IMG/VR virus record: IMGVR_UViG_3300009095_000010
Location: 32,001 to 96,000 of that record
DNA from: a virus
Taxonomy: Duplodnaviria > Caudoviricetes
Direction: 5' to 3' (one strand)
Length of the DNA: 64,000 bases
The position numbers and the translations under genes are program-made. This document shows positions 1-9,614 of this stretch, one piece after another. The notes under the pieces were generated by a model that saw only the letters and a list, made by a program, of their open reading frames with translations, ran no database searches and was not told the DNA's origin. How positions within the stretch are numbered: position 1 is the first letter of the stretch; each line of letters opens with the position of its first letter.

Positions 1-75
1 TTCCCTCGTCATTTGCTTTGGCCTCCAATTGATTTTCTTTTGGATTCCATTCAACTAGAGCTACGTCAGGTTCAG

Positions 76-642
76 TTAGAGTTTTTTTTTTAGATCGAAA
101 GCCATATCAAGATCAGGAACAGACATGTCATCCTTATCTTCTTTTGGAGATAGGAACATCTCTATAATATCAGATAAGCTTTCCTTATCATCTTCAGTAT
201 CCGCAACATCAGCTTCATCTTCATCATCAGCATTAGATGCATCTGCACATTCAGCACAGTCTGCATTACCGCAATCTTCATGATCGCCAGCCTGAACAAT
301 AACAGAAGCAAGAGCAGCCTTCTGCTCTTCAGTCTGTGCTTTTAGATACTGAGACAGACCTGTGCGCTCCTGGTAATCCTTTACCGCCTCTTCAACAGAA
401 GAGAACTTTGGCTTGGGTCCAGAAACAATAGCAGACATCATCTCATAAACAGATGGCCCAATATTGCGGTCACGAGAAACTTCGACAGCAGTCTTGGATG
501 CGTTTTTGATTTGATTATCAAACTTAGAAGCCTGTTCCTCAACAGCCATCTTTTCTGCAAGCGAATCCAACCAACTAACACGTTTGTTTGGTTCACGACT
601 AATCTCATCGGTTCTATAAAATGAATTATACTTGTTTCTCAT
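76..642 (-). CDS. hypothetical acidic protein (K-x-A motif cluster); may continue past an A10 run in the -1 frame
   Basis: ORF track 76..696. Better start is ATG 642 (SD AGAGG). CxxxxCxxC motif followed by a D/E-rich tract; ends LKKKL in an A10 run. Confidence 0.7.
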   Translation of the reverse strand: MRNKYNSFYRTDEISREPNKRVSWLDSLAEKMAVEEQASKFDNQIKNASKTAVEVSRDRNIGPSVYEMMSAIVSGPKPKFSSVEEAVKDYQERTGLSQYLKAQTEEQKAALASVIVQAGDHEDCGNADCAECADASNADDEDEADVADTEDDKESLSDIIEMFLSPKEDKDDMSVPDLDMAFDLKKKL

Positions 643-643
643 A

Positions 644-1495
644 TTATCCTCTGTACTGAGCTGACCAATCAAAGTTATCGTTACGCCAAATCTCAACTGG
701 TGTACCTGGAGGATATCCGCGATCCTGCATCATTGGGTAACCCATATCAGCGAGAAGCTGTGAAAGCTCGGCCTGTTCACGCTTGTCTAAACTATATTCC
801 TCAACCTGACGATGATACATATCTTCGATATCATGACCGGCCGAAACCATTCCATTGATACAAACACGAGCAATACGTGAAATCAAAAGAGGAACGGTAA
901 TAGTAATTCCATTGATTCTTGTAGCCTTTTGAGCGTTCTTTACAAGACCAGATTCCTCTGCCCAAGACTTGGATTTCTTACCCTTCTTGAACTTCTCTGT
1001 CCTGATCTTTTCTAGACGATCAATCAAACGTTCCAGACCATTTTCAATTTGCTCTCTTGCCTTCTCAGCTTGAGCCGAATCAATTTGATTCTTGTAGTCT
1101 GTACGCATTGCTTTTGTAATCTCTTTATCCAAAGCCTCAAAATAAGAGATGGCTTTTTCTAAACCAGTAGAGTCATAACCAGAGTGCTTAGGAATGTTAT
1201 CGAACATTTTCTGAAGCCAAGCAAGGAAGCCAGAAGGTTCCCACCTCCACATGTCAGGCTCGTCAGCATCAACCTCTACAGCTTGATCTTCATCGTTGGT
1301 TACAATGATTTCTTTTGCATCCGGAGCGCCTGGAATATCATCAAGAAAAAAGACAATTTCATCTGGTTCGTCACTAGATACTTCTATGTTATCACCAACC
1401 TCAAGAGGTGGAAATTCACCATCCATTACAGGCAGCAAAAACTCCCCGAGATTCAAATCTCCTATATCTGTATTCTGCGCATGTTTCTCTACCAT
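644..1495 (-). CDS. hypothetical protein, probable virion/head-associated
   Basis: 283 aa ORF with acidic N-terminus; motifs EKHAQ and VKNAQ; tightly coupled to neighbours. Confidence 0.7.
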   Translation of the reverse strand: MVEKHAQNTDIGDLNLGEFLLPVMDGEFPPLEVGDNIEVSSDEPDEIVFFLDDIPGAPDAKEIIVTNDEDQAVEVDADEPDMWRWEPSGFLAWLQKMFDNIPKHSGYDSTGLEKAISYFEALDKEITKAMRTDYKNQIDSAQAEKAREQIENGLERLIDRLEKIRTEKFKKGKKSKSWAEESGLVKNAQKATRINGITITVPLLISRIARVCINGMVSAGHDIEDMYHRQVEEYSLDKREQAELSQLLADMGYPMMQDRGYPPGTPVEIWRNDNFDWSAQYRG

Positions 1496-1519
1496 ACAAC
1501 CTCAATGTTGTTACAATAC

Positions 1520-2053
1520 TTATTCCGAAGTATTCGTATATTTTGGGCCTTTTACAATTTCATCTGCGGCCATTTTGATAAACTCAGCTATTGCTGCACC
1601 TTGTAATGAATATGTTCCGAAATAAAGATTCCTACTAACATTATAATCGGAATAGAATCCAACAGGATATGTATATAACCCATTGATTGAATCTGTGAAA
1701 ACCTTCGCGTAAAATGGGGATGTATTCAATGATTGAGCCGGGCCCTGGCCGGGAGCTGTATCATTATAGTTACACTCAACAGCCTCTTTTTCCTGAAGGA
1801 TATGTCCAGCATAGGGACATACCGAGGGCTCCTCAGTAGACCTGAGAAGATTCCAAGCCAGCAATTTAGTATTCGCAGAACCAATCTGCTCCTTCTCTTC
1901 ATCAGAAGCTTCTTCGCCCATAATATCCAGTGGAGCCATTCTTTCCACGTTCTTTCCCGCATACCTACAACCAAAAGGAATAGGTAGACCGAAAGGACAA
2001 GGAGAATCATTGTTCTTACGAATCTCTGCTAGCTTGAGATGAACCTTGGTCAT
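1520..2053 (-). CDS. hypothetical Cys-containing protein
   Basis: 177 aa; CPFGLPIPFGC...CPY...C; ATGA overlap with upstream gene. Confidence 0.7.
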   Translation of the reverse strand: MTKVHLKLAEIRKNNDSPCPFGLPIPFGCRYAGKNVERMAPLDIMGEEASDEEKEQIGSANTKLLAWNLLRSTEEPSVCPYAGHILQEKEAVECNYNDTAPGQGPAQSLNTSPFYAKVFTDSINGLYTYPVGFYSDYNVSRNLYFGTYSLQGAAIAEFIKMAADEIVKGPKYTNTSE

Positions 2054-2391
2054 TTCTTTGAGGCCTCAAAAAACACAGATGAAAATCTAGAAATCAAATC
2101 AATCTTACTCTCTGCGTACGTCTGAGTCTGAGAATTTCTATCAAGCTTCTCATTCTCTTTTTTCTTCTTGTTACGAAAGTCTTTTACAGATTTATACTTA
2201 TCCATACGGCCATGATACAAGCCCCCACCAGGAGATATCTCACTTGCCTCTTCGTTTGTATAATCATAGTTCCTAAAAAGAACATGCTTTCTAGTATCTC
2301 TATCCTGCCTCTCTTTTGGAGTGGCTGTATCTTTTTGTCCCTCGTCCTTATCAGGATCAGAGGTTCCTTGATAATAAGCTTTCTTTGTCAT
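2050..2391 (-). CDS. hypothetical protein
   Basis: 113 aa ORF with overlap coupling on both sides. Confidence 0.65.
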   Translation of the reverse strand: MTKKAYYQGTSDPDKDEGQKDTATPKERQDRDTRKHVLFRNYDYTNEEASEISPGGGLYHGRMDKYKSVKDFRNKKKKENEKLDRNSQTQTYAESKIDLISRFSSVFFEASKK

Positions 2392-3128
2392 AAAACGCCT
2401 CTTTGTTGTTGTAGAATTTTAGGAATCGCTACAACATTCCAAAGATTCATAGAGTTCATAAGAGCAATTGTTTTCTGCGGATCTTCCCTAGTAGCATCCG
2501 CAAGTTTTCTTCTAGCAAAACCAGCACTCACATCTTGTTTGATTTTATCAGGATGATTTCTAACCCACACAATAATATCCTTCTCTACCGCAAACCCAAG
2601 CTTTGCAGCTAGGTACACAACACGAACAACCCTTTTAGGATCATCTCTTAGAGTAATTCTTGGAGGTAGTGGGGTTCGAAGAATCTTTCTGGAAATATCA
2701 TCCAAAGCCAAACCTGTTGGGTCCACAATTTTTCTTAAATTCAAAGGAAGAATAAGAGTATTGCAAGTAAAGTCTCTACTAAATAACTCTCTCTGCATCT
2801 CTGTTGGTTCTTTTATACCAGCTTTGTTTAGAAAGTAGTCTACATCAGGAGAGTTATAATTAGATGAGAAATCATATTTGATACCCTCAATGTATAACTG
2901 AAAGTGACCATCAGGCATACGCATGGGGTTTATCTGAAAATGATTTGCACAAATCTCAGCAAGTTTATGAATAGAGTCATCACCTGATGTCAAATCCACA
3001 TCATTGATTTTTTCAATCCTATTCATAATTTTGTCGCGCGGAAGCCCACCTACTATATAGGGTTCAGAAAGGCTGTTATCTACAGCTAGCCTTTTGATTT
3101 GTAGAAGGGTATCCTTGAGAGTTCCCAT
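2388..3128 (-). CDS. class II tRNA nucleotidyltransferase / poly(A) polymerase family protein (head+neck only)
   Basis: Motifs YIVGGLPRD, DVDLT (catalytic DxD), SRDFTCN, DPTG and LRDDPKRVVR. Only 246 aa, with no HD/tail domain. Confidence 0.85.
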   Translation of the reverse strand: MGTLKDTLLQIKRLAVDNSLSEPYIVGGLPRDKIMNRIEKINDVDLTSGDDSIHKLAEICANHFQINPMRMPDGHFQLYIEGIKYDFSSNYNSPDVDYFLNKAGIKEPTEMQRELFSRDFTCNTLILPLNLRKIVDPTGLALDDISRKILRTPLPPRITLRDDPKRVVRVVYLAAKLGFAVEKDIIVWVRNHPDKIKQDVSAGFARRKLADATREDPQKTIALMNSMNLWNVVAIPKILQQQRGVL

Positions 3129-3131
3129 CTA

Positions 3132-5099
3132 TCACCTTGTCTGAATTGCTGGTTGTTTTTCTACGCGAGAGACAGGTTCCCTAATCTCAACCTCTGGTAC
3201 CTTTCCATCTGCGACAGGAGCTGTGTTAGGACCCGATTGACCTTGCTGCATCTTTGCAAGATCTTTCTGCTTACGCATTTCCTTACGTTGCTCTTCCTGG
3301 TCCTCTTCTTGTTGCAGCCTATTTCTAATACCAGCTGTAGCTGGGTTGTCTTGCCTTGGAGTATCAACCCACTCTGTAGCTGAAGGAACATTAACAGAAC
3401 CCTTGAGCTTACCAAGAATCTCTTCTAGACGATTGCCAATATACTGATTACCCTCAAGAGCCTTACCCATTGCTTCACCGAGCTGTGGGAAGAATGAAGC
3501 AAGTCCTAGACGGTCCATCATAATATCAAGGAATGCTAACTGTCTTGATATTTCACGTTGGTTGTAAATACTAACTAGCATCTCTAGTCTGCGAATAACA
3601 TTTTGAACTGTGATGCTATTTAGAGCCGCATCAATTACTTCATCTGTGTTGTCGTTAGGAATGACCTGTCCTTCTGGACCGTCAATCTCTACGCTTGCCG
3701 GCTTCGCAGGAGCTGCTGGCTTTAGCGGCTGCTGTCTTGGAGGTAGCTGAGCTTGCTTCCAAATACCCGAACCGATTTTGAGGTATTCATCAAAAGCAGA
3801 TGCAGCTTTACCATCTTCAGATAGTTCTGGTTCTTGAACTTCCTCTGAAACCGCAACCTCTGGTGCTGGTGAAGGAACTGGAGCCGGTTGTACTTGGTTT
3901 TGTGCCTCCTCTTGTTCCAACTTCTCTCTCTCTTCTGGAGTATCATCCTTGTCATTGACACCACGCTTGAGATTATCAAAGAACTCTCTGAGAAGTTCTT
4001 CTGTCTCCTTCTTATCTCCGGAAGGTGCTGGAGTTAGAGAATCCCCACCAGAATCATCTGTTGGACCACCAAACAACCCACCAGCGCCTCCGCCTGGAGG
4101 TGCTCCTAGTGGAGGAAGCTGAGCAATCTTGAAAAAGAAACCAGCAGCTTTATTCTTTCCCTGGAACCTAAGCTGGTTCGCTGTTCTAAAAATATGATCT
4201 TCAAATAGTGATGACTTTACAGTTAGTTTGTTTGCAGTCTGAATTCTTCTCTTCAAATCCTGTAGAAGCTTCAGCATCAACTCTTGATCTTCACCAGCAA
4301 ACAATTGACCGTCCATAGATGCAAGCATTTTCTCTGCGGAGTTCAAACGAGAAATAATCTTGGATCTCTGTGTCTCAATCTTATCACGCACATCACTAAC
4401 ATCGTTTGTAGATTGCGGAAGATTCTGTGGAAGTCCCGGAGGAACTCTGTTGTAACCAAAACCAGAAGGAGCTGGTAGGACAGCTTTCAAAGAATTCGCT
4501 GGCACCCCAGCCAACATCAATTCAGAATTGAATGAAGCTAGCTTTGGATATTTCTCTGGTGTTTTTTCTTTGTAGAATTTTACCCACTGATCATAATCCA
4601 TTTTTTCCCTTTTATCCCACGAACCCAAAACAATCTGTCGAGCCTCCTGCTCTGAATGACCTTTTGCTACCAATGAGTATATCTTATGAGTAGCAGATAC
4701 CCATCTGGTCAGGTCATATCTAGGAAGCTCTAGACGGCTGTTTGGTTGCGGGTAGGCAATTTTAGGTCTAATATCAAAAGGCATCATCTTCTTTAATGCC
4801 AAATCAATAGCTTCTATTAGCCCTAAAAGTGTATCTATTGGTATTTTTTCTTTGTTTCTAAACACTTCCGCAGCTATTGCTAGAGCGGTTTTATTATTTA
4901 GTACTATATCAAATATAGATTTAGCTACCTGTGGAACATGGTTTAATATCATGAAGAATTTGTTTTGGTCTTCATCATTATCAACACCAACAGATGACAT
5001 CGTCATATATTCTGATTCAAGATCTTTCTTAATATTATCTGGTAAGAGATCACAATAACTTGAATCTAATTGATTCTGAAGATGTTTACTCATCGTCAT
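3132..5099 (-). CDS. hypothetical large protein with P/Q/G-rich linkers, probable virion protein
   Basis: ORF track 3132..5165. SD GGAGG favours ATG 5099. Motifs PKIAY, PKLAS, FKIAQ, WKQAQ. Confidence 0.7.
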   Translation of the reverse strand: MTMSKHLQNQLDSSYCDLLPDNIKKDLESEYMTMSSVGVDNDEDQNKFFMILNHVPQVAKSIFDIVLNNKTALAIAAEVFRNKEKIPIDTLLGLIEAIDLALKKMMPFDIRPKIAYPQPNSRLELPRYDLTRWVSATHKIYSLVAKGHSEQEARQIVLGSWDKREKMDYDQWVKFYKEKTPEKYPKLASFNSELMLAGVPANSLKAVLPAPSGFGYNRVPPGLPQNLPQSTNDVSDVRDKIETQRSKIISRLNSAEKMLASMDGQLFAGEDQELMLKLLQDLKRRIQTANKLTVKSSLFEDHIFRTANQLRFQGKNKAAGFFFKIAQLPPLGAPPGGGAGGLFGGPTDDSGGDSLTPAPSGDKKETEELLREFFDNLKRGVNDKDDTPEEREKLEQEEAQNQVQPAPVPSPAPEVAVSEEVQEPELSEDGKAASAFDEYLKIGSGIWKQAQLPPRQQPLKPAAPAKPASVEIDGPEGQVIPNDNTDEVIDAALNSITVQNVIRRLEMLVSIYNQREISRQLAFLDIMMDRLGLASFFPQLGEAMGKALEGNQYIGNRLEEILGKLKGSVNVPSATEWVDTPRQDNPATAGIRNRLQQEEDQEEQRKEMRKQKDLAKMQQGQSGPNTAPVADGKVPEVEIREPVSRVEKQPAIQTR

Positions 5100-5880
5100 T
5101 GTTATCCTCCTCTTCATCAAAGACTTCTTCAGAAACCTCTCTATCAAAATCCTCAACCTTTTCATTGAGTTTAGCTAAAGATTCTTTTTCTCTTGTAATC
5201 TCTTTTTGTGTTGGTACAGGATTTATATCTTTAGGATTCAACCTTTGCATCTCTTCATTTAATAAGTCCATAAACAAAGAGGTATAATCCGGACCAAGAC
5301 GTTCAAGTACTCGGCGGATTGCTTCTTGAAAAGCAACGGATTGCTGCTCAACCATTTGAACAGTGTACGTGTGCTCTATACGTACATCAGGACGATCATT
5401 CTTGATCTTGTCCGCCTTCTCCAAAGCGGCCATTAAGAGTTCCATGTACTTTGTGAATATATAATCTGCCTTTCGAGTATCTTCAGGATCACCCTGAATC
5501 ATATCGAAAATCTGCTCAGCTCTCGTTTCAAGAATTGTAATAACGTTATTCAGTCTTTCTATGTAGTTAATCTCTTTATTAACTCCATCCAGAACACGTT
5601 CTTTCCAAGCACGATTGTCAAGAAGTGATTCCTTGATTTGCTTATCAAGTTTTGAATCTGTATCACGCTGAACAATTTTCTTTACGTAACCATGATGATC
5701 TGCATACGTATCCAAAAACTCCTGCAACGTTGTTGCAGGAATTCTTAGATGATTCTCGTCTGGTCCGGGGTATTTGTCCTTTAGATATTTAGATACGAGT
5801 TTAGAACTATCTCCGCTTACTAGCTTCGATATAATAGTTTCCTTCTCTGGATGATCTATAATTTTCTTGAAATCGGACAT
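5086..5880 (-). CDS. hypothetical helical protein
   Basis: 264 aa ORF with acidic tail. Confidence 0.7.
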   Translation of the reverse strand: MSDFKKIIDHPEKETIISKLVSGDSSKLVSKYLKDKYPGPDENHLRIPATTLQEFLDTYADHHGYVKKIVQRDTDSKLDKQIKESLLDNRAWKERVLDGVNKEINYIERLNNVITILETRAEQIFDMIQGDPEDTRKADYIFTKYMELLMAALEKADKIKNDRPDVRIEHTYTVQMVEQQSVAFQEAIRRVLERLGPDYTSLFMDLLNEEMQRLNPKDINPVPTQKEITREKESLAKLNEKVEDFDREVSEEVFDEEEDNNDDE

Positions 5881-5898
5881 TCATTGCCTTCTCTTAGA

Positions 5899-8800
5899 TT
5901 ACTGCATATCTGTCATGGACCTAAGACCAATCAAATCTTGATAAGGGTTCTTCCTTCCTTTCTGCTTTAAAATATCTGCCGTACTCTTGTTACCAATGAG
6001 TTCTTTATTTGGTGGGAAGAATCCTTCGGCTTCCATTGCTTCATCAATCTTTTTATTTGACTCAACCTGACGCGCCATAGATTCACGAACCCTATCTATA
6101 AAGAACTCTATAACTCCTGGCTTGATTTGTGCTCCTGGATACTTTTCAGAAACAACACTCATAACATCTTCTGCTGACTTTCCTTTGAGAGCCATGCTCC
6201 AAATCATACCCTGTAGATTCTTATTTGACTTCATCCATGAAATGATTGGCTTTAGGTATTCTACAGATATTGCTCGCCCAACTCCATTGGTTGCTGGGTT
6301 AGACATAACATCAATAATGTTATCATCTCTAACTCCATTACCAACCAGGTCAGCAATCTTAACCTTTACAGCATCAGATACATAAGGCATATCCTCTGGC
6401 TCACTAACAGTTATTTGAGCAAATTCTTTAGGAATCTCTGTACGCTCAAACGGATTCTGTTTCTTTGCATTTACATATGCTCTTAGGTATTCCTCAGGAT
6501 TTGTAAATAGAGTCTTAAAGTTTCCTGTATCTACAATAGGATCTGTTGAGTACTCAAGCGCTTTGCCTTTGTACTTACCATCTTCGCCTTTTCCAAGAGA
6601 CTTCCAAACACCATCCATTGAAGAGATAAGGTTATTGATACTTACCCTTCCTGCAATTACCTTCGCACTTGGAGGAACAAAGCCACGGTCTTTCATAAAC
6701 TCATCACGCTCTGGTGAATTCAAATCAGTTGGCCACTTAGAACCCTCTGACATTTCCAAGTCAGGTGGGAACTCTTTGTAAGCCTCAACCAAAGCTTCCA
6801 TATATGGCTGGCCCATATCCCAGATTGGAATAAGCTCTTCACCATTTTCATCTGTTGGAATATCAATCAATTTCTTTGGTGCTTCGTTCTTTTTCCTGAG
6901 TTCATTCTTTTTTCGTTCTTGCTTTACAACCGATGTCTTCTTTCCAAGACTCTCAAGCTTCTCGGCAAAATCTGTCAGTGTAGGAATTTCTTCTTTGAAA
7001 AATGAAGGAAGATTATTCTGTGTCAAAGCTCTATCGATTGTATTCTTGAATACAGCTGTACGTATATCTTTTAACATGTTTTCAGCTTCACGCGCTGAAC
7101 CAGATGATAGAACATAAGATCTCATCTTTGACATAACGTCTTCAGACAATGTATACTTTTCAATCTTTTCTTTGTACATCTTCAAAAGAATTGGATCTTC
7201 TGATTGTATCAAATCGCTAATATAGATAGCTTCGCTCTTGAGTTTTTCACCCTCTTCTCCACCAAGATTTTCTGCATACCTAAGTTTCTCATCTGCATCA
7301 CGAGTAGCGAAAACCTCAGCCAACATCATTGGATACTTCTCAAGAATTGCCGGCGTTTTCTCTTTCAAAAAGAACATTGTCTTTAGCTTCTCTTGAACAG
7401 GCAATGGAAGCTTATTGAATTGTGGCATTTCTTTTGTTGTACCAAACTCAAACTTATTGAACAGAGTTTTATACTTAGCAAACTGCTCTGGCCACATCTT
7501 AGCTATTTCACCATCAATCTTTTCAGCAGCTTCGTCTGTAATATTTACACCAGTACTTTCCATGTACTTAGGCCAGTTGACAACACTATTCTTAGTTGTT
7601 GGCTCACCTTCGAAACTTGCAACTTCATTTGGAGATGGCTCTTCGATCTTGCCAAGTTCTTCTACCTTTTCATGGACAGATTTCTTGTGCTTGTTCTTGT
7701 ACTCAAAAACATCTTTGTTAGTTACATAACCAAACTCTGTTGGTTTATAACCAGCATCATCACCCTCTGGAATGTCAGCCTTTTCATAAGCACCAACAAA
7801 ACCATTGTTCTTCATGATTTGGTTGATTCTTTCCATAGTCATAAGAAGCTTTTGCTTCTCTGTGTACTTCGGAGTTCCATCGCTGTTCTCTTTATTCAAC
7901 AGACGCATGAAGCTCCATCCTTTCTTCTTATCCATTACCTCTTCGAGAGCCATATCATATGCGCTACCCCAAAGACCTGGATTAGAAAATGGTGTTACAG
8001 GGCCTGTCTTTGGCTCCACTTCCTTCTTTAGAAATGATGGCTTAGACTCTGGCTTTACAGCTTCCTCAACCTTTGGCTCTTGAACTTCAGGAGCAGGTTG
8101 GACTTGTGGTGCCTTTGGAGAAAGGAAAGATGGAAAACCTGTTGGAGCCGGAGATATCTCTGGCTGAACGGCTAATTCCAAACCAGACTCCTGTGGTTCG
8201 TCCAGTTCGAGTTCAATATCTAAATTAGGATCTCCCTCAAATTCAAACTCTCTCAACTGACTTTCTTTTAGAATTTTAGCTAGAGAGTTGAGTTTAGAAT
8301 TTTTTTTTAATGGGCTAGAACTTCTAGCTACTTTTGCAAGTTGATTCTTATCAACCCCCATCCTAGCTAAAGCTTTGAGATGAGTAGATACCAAATCATC
8401 CCAACCTAGAGATCTTAGTTGAGGAAGAATGATCTCTTTAGCAATCTTTAATTCATCGCCAGGGTTATCAAACTTTGTTACAAAGTCAGAAGAAAGAACG
8501 TACTTGATTTGATAGTCATCAAGCCCTGCTTTTTTTGCTTTTGCAACGGCCCCTTTTAGCAGATGCGGGGCAAGCTCCTGTATGGTGCTCAACGCAACTG
8601 CAATGTTACTTGCCCCTTGTGCTTTTTTTAGATTACCAAAATTATCACCAGCTGCCTTTAGAATCTGATCTACCTTATCGCTAGATGCTCCCTTGTATTG
8701 ATCTAAAGAGTCTACAAGAATGTTAGCAACTTCTGTTGTTGATAGACCATCATCATAAGCGCAATCAAGCGCTCCTTCCAAAAGATCAGGAGCTGCATCG

Positions 8801-9609
8801 CGGCAAACCTGAATTGCTGCTGCAATCTGCTCGCCCATTGCATACTTCTTGAGGTGATTGAAATCATCACTAGCAAATCTATTGTTGATAGACTCACGAG
8901 TCTCAAACAAAGAAGCTCCCTGATTTCGAACATCACCGAAATCTCTTGTCTGATATTCTACAGCTCCACCAGGAACTTCATTACCCTTCTGTGTTTTGTA
9001 TCCAGCTTTGTAATCATAAATGATACCAGTCACAATATCCTGATAAACATGATCAGTGATACGTGTCATCTGTCCGCCTGGACGATCTGGTGGGTAACGT
9101 GTCTGAAGAGGTGCCTCAAGAGGAACATACTTCTTTACTTGCTGAGCCACTGCCTTTGCTTGCTCTTTCTGATTGTGCATAGCCGCATGAGCCTGAGCAG
9201 GCTTCTGATAAGCTTCCTCCCTTCTTAGCCTACGACGTTCTTCACGAAGACGAGTAATCTCATCATCATAAACTTTTCTAGATTCTAAAGCAGCAGTCTT
9301 TGGAGCTGCAATCGAAAGTAGAAGTTCGTCCAGAACAGATGCCTGCTTCTTGAGTAGCGGATCACCACTCTCATCAAAAGCAGAAGCGAGAGCAGCTATC
9401 TCATTGAGCTGCTGCTCAGTGATACTAAACTCTGCATGCTTATCCATGTCATCGGCAACTTCCTCCAATAACGTAGATGCAGCAGCAATTGCAGTAGCTA
9501 CTTTTTCAAAAACCTCTGGTCCTTTGCTTGAAGCTCGAACAAGCAAATCATCAGAGTTCTTCTCTAGTCTAGAAGCTAGAACTCTCAAATCTATTGAAAC
9601 AGACATCAT
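5899..9609 (-). CDS. hypothetical 1236-aa protein with internal repeats, probable virion/internal head protein
   Basis: Long ORF with SD AGGAG; many K-x-A motifs; repeated helical modules. Confidence 0.75.
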   Translation of the reverse strand: MMSVSIDLRVLASRLEKNSDDLLVRASSKGPEVFEKVATAIAAASTLLEEVADDMDKHAEFSITEQQLNEIAALASAFDESGDPLLKKQASVLDELLLSIAAPKTAALESRKVYDDEITRLREERRRLRREEAYQKPAQAHAAMHNQKEQAKAVAQQVKKYVPLEAPLQTRYPPDRPGGQMTRITDHVYQDIVTGIIYDYKAGYKTQKGNEVPGGAVEYQTRDFGDVRNQGASLFETRESINNRFASDDFNHLKKYAMGEQIAAAIQVCRDAAPDLLEGALDCAYDDGLSTTEVANILVDSLDQYKGASSDKVDQILKAAGDNFGNLKKAQGASNIAVALSTIQELAPHLLKGAVAKAKKAGLDDYQIKYVLSSDFVTKFDNPGDELKIAKEIILPQLRSLGWDDLVSTHLKALARMGVDKNQLAKVARSSSPLKKNSKLNSLAKILKESQLREFEFEGDPNLDIELELDEPQESGLELAVQPEISPAPTGFPSFLSPKAPQVQPAPEVQEPKVEEAVKPESKPSFLKKEVEPKTGPVTPFSNPGLWGSAYDMALEEVMDKKKGWSFMRLLNKENSDGTPKYTEKQKLLMTMERINQIMKNNGFVGAYEKADIPEGDDAGYKPTEFGYVTNKDVFEYKNKHKKSVHEKVEELGKIEEPSPNEVASFEGEPTTKNSVVNWPKYMESTGVNITDEAAEKIDGEIAKMWPEQFAKYKTLFNKFEFGTTKEMPQFNKLPLPVQEKLKTMFFLKEKTPAILEKYPMMLAEVFATRDADEKLRYAENLGGEEGEKLKSEAIYISDLIQSEDPILLKMYKEKIEKYTLSEDVMSKMRSYVLSSGSAREAENMLKDIRTAVFKNTIDRALTQNNLPSFFKEEIPTLTDFAEKLESLGKKTSVVKQERKKNELRKKNEAPKKLIDIPTDENGEELIPIWDMGQPYMEALVEAYKEFPPDLEMSEGSKWPTDLNSPERDEFMKDRGFVPPSAKVIAGRVSINNLISSMDGVWKSLGKGEDGKYKGKALEYSTDPIVDTGNFKTLFTNPEEYLRAYVNAKKQNPFERTEIPKEFAQITVSEPEDMPYVSDAVKVKIADLVGNGVRDDNIIDVMSNPATNGVGRAISVEYLKPIISWMKSNKNLQGMIWSMALKGKSAEDVMSVVSEKYPGAQIKPGVIEFFIDRVRESMARQVESNKKIDEAMEAEGFFPPNKELIGNKSTADILKQKGRKNPYQDLIGLRSMTDMQ

Positions 9610-9614
9610 TCTCC

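Noticed and set aside
5086-5880. Terminase small subunit
   Set aside because: Only a vague N-terminal helical pattern, and no large terminase nearby in the window.
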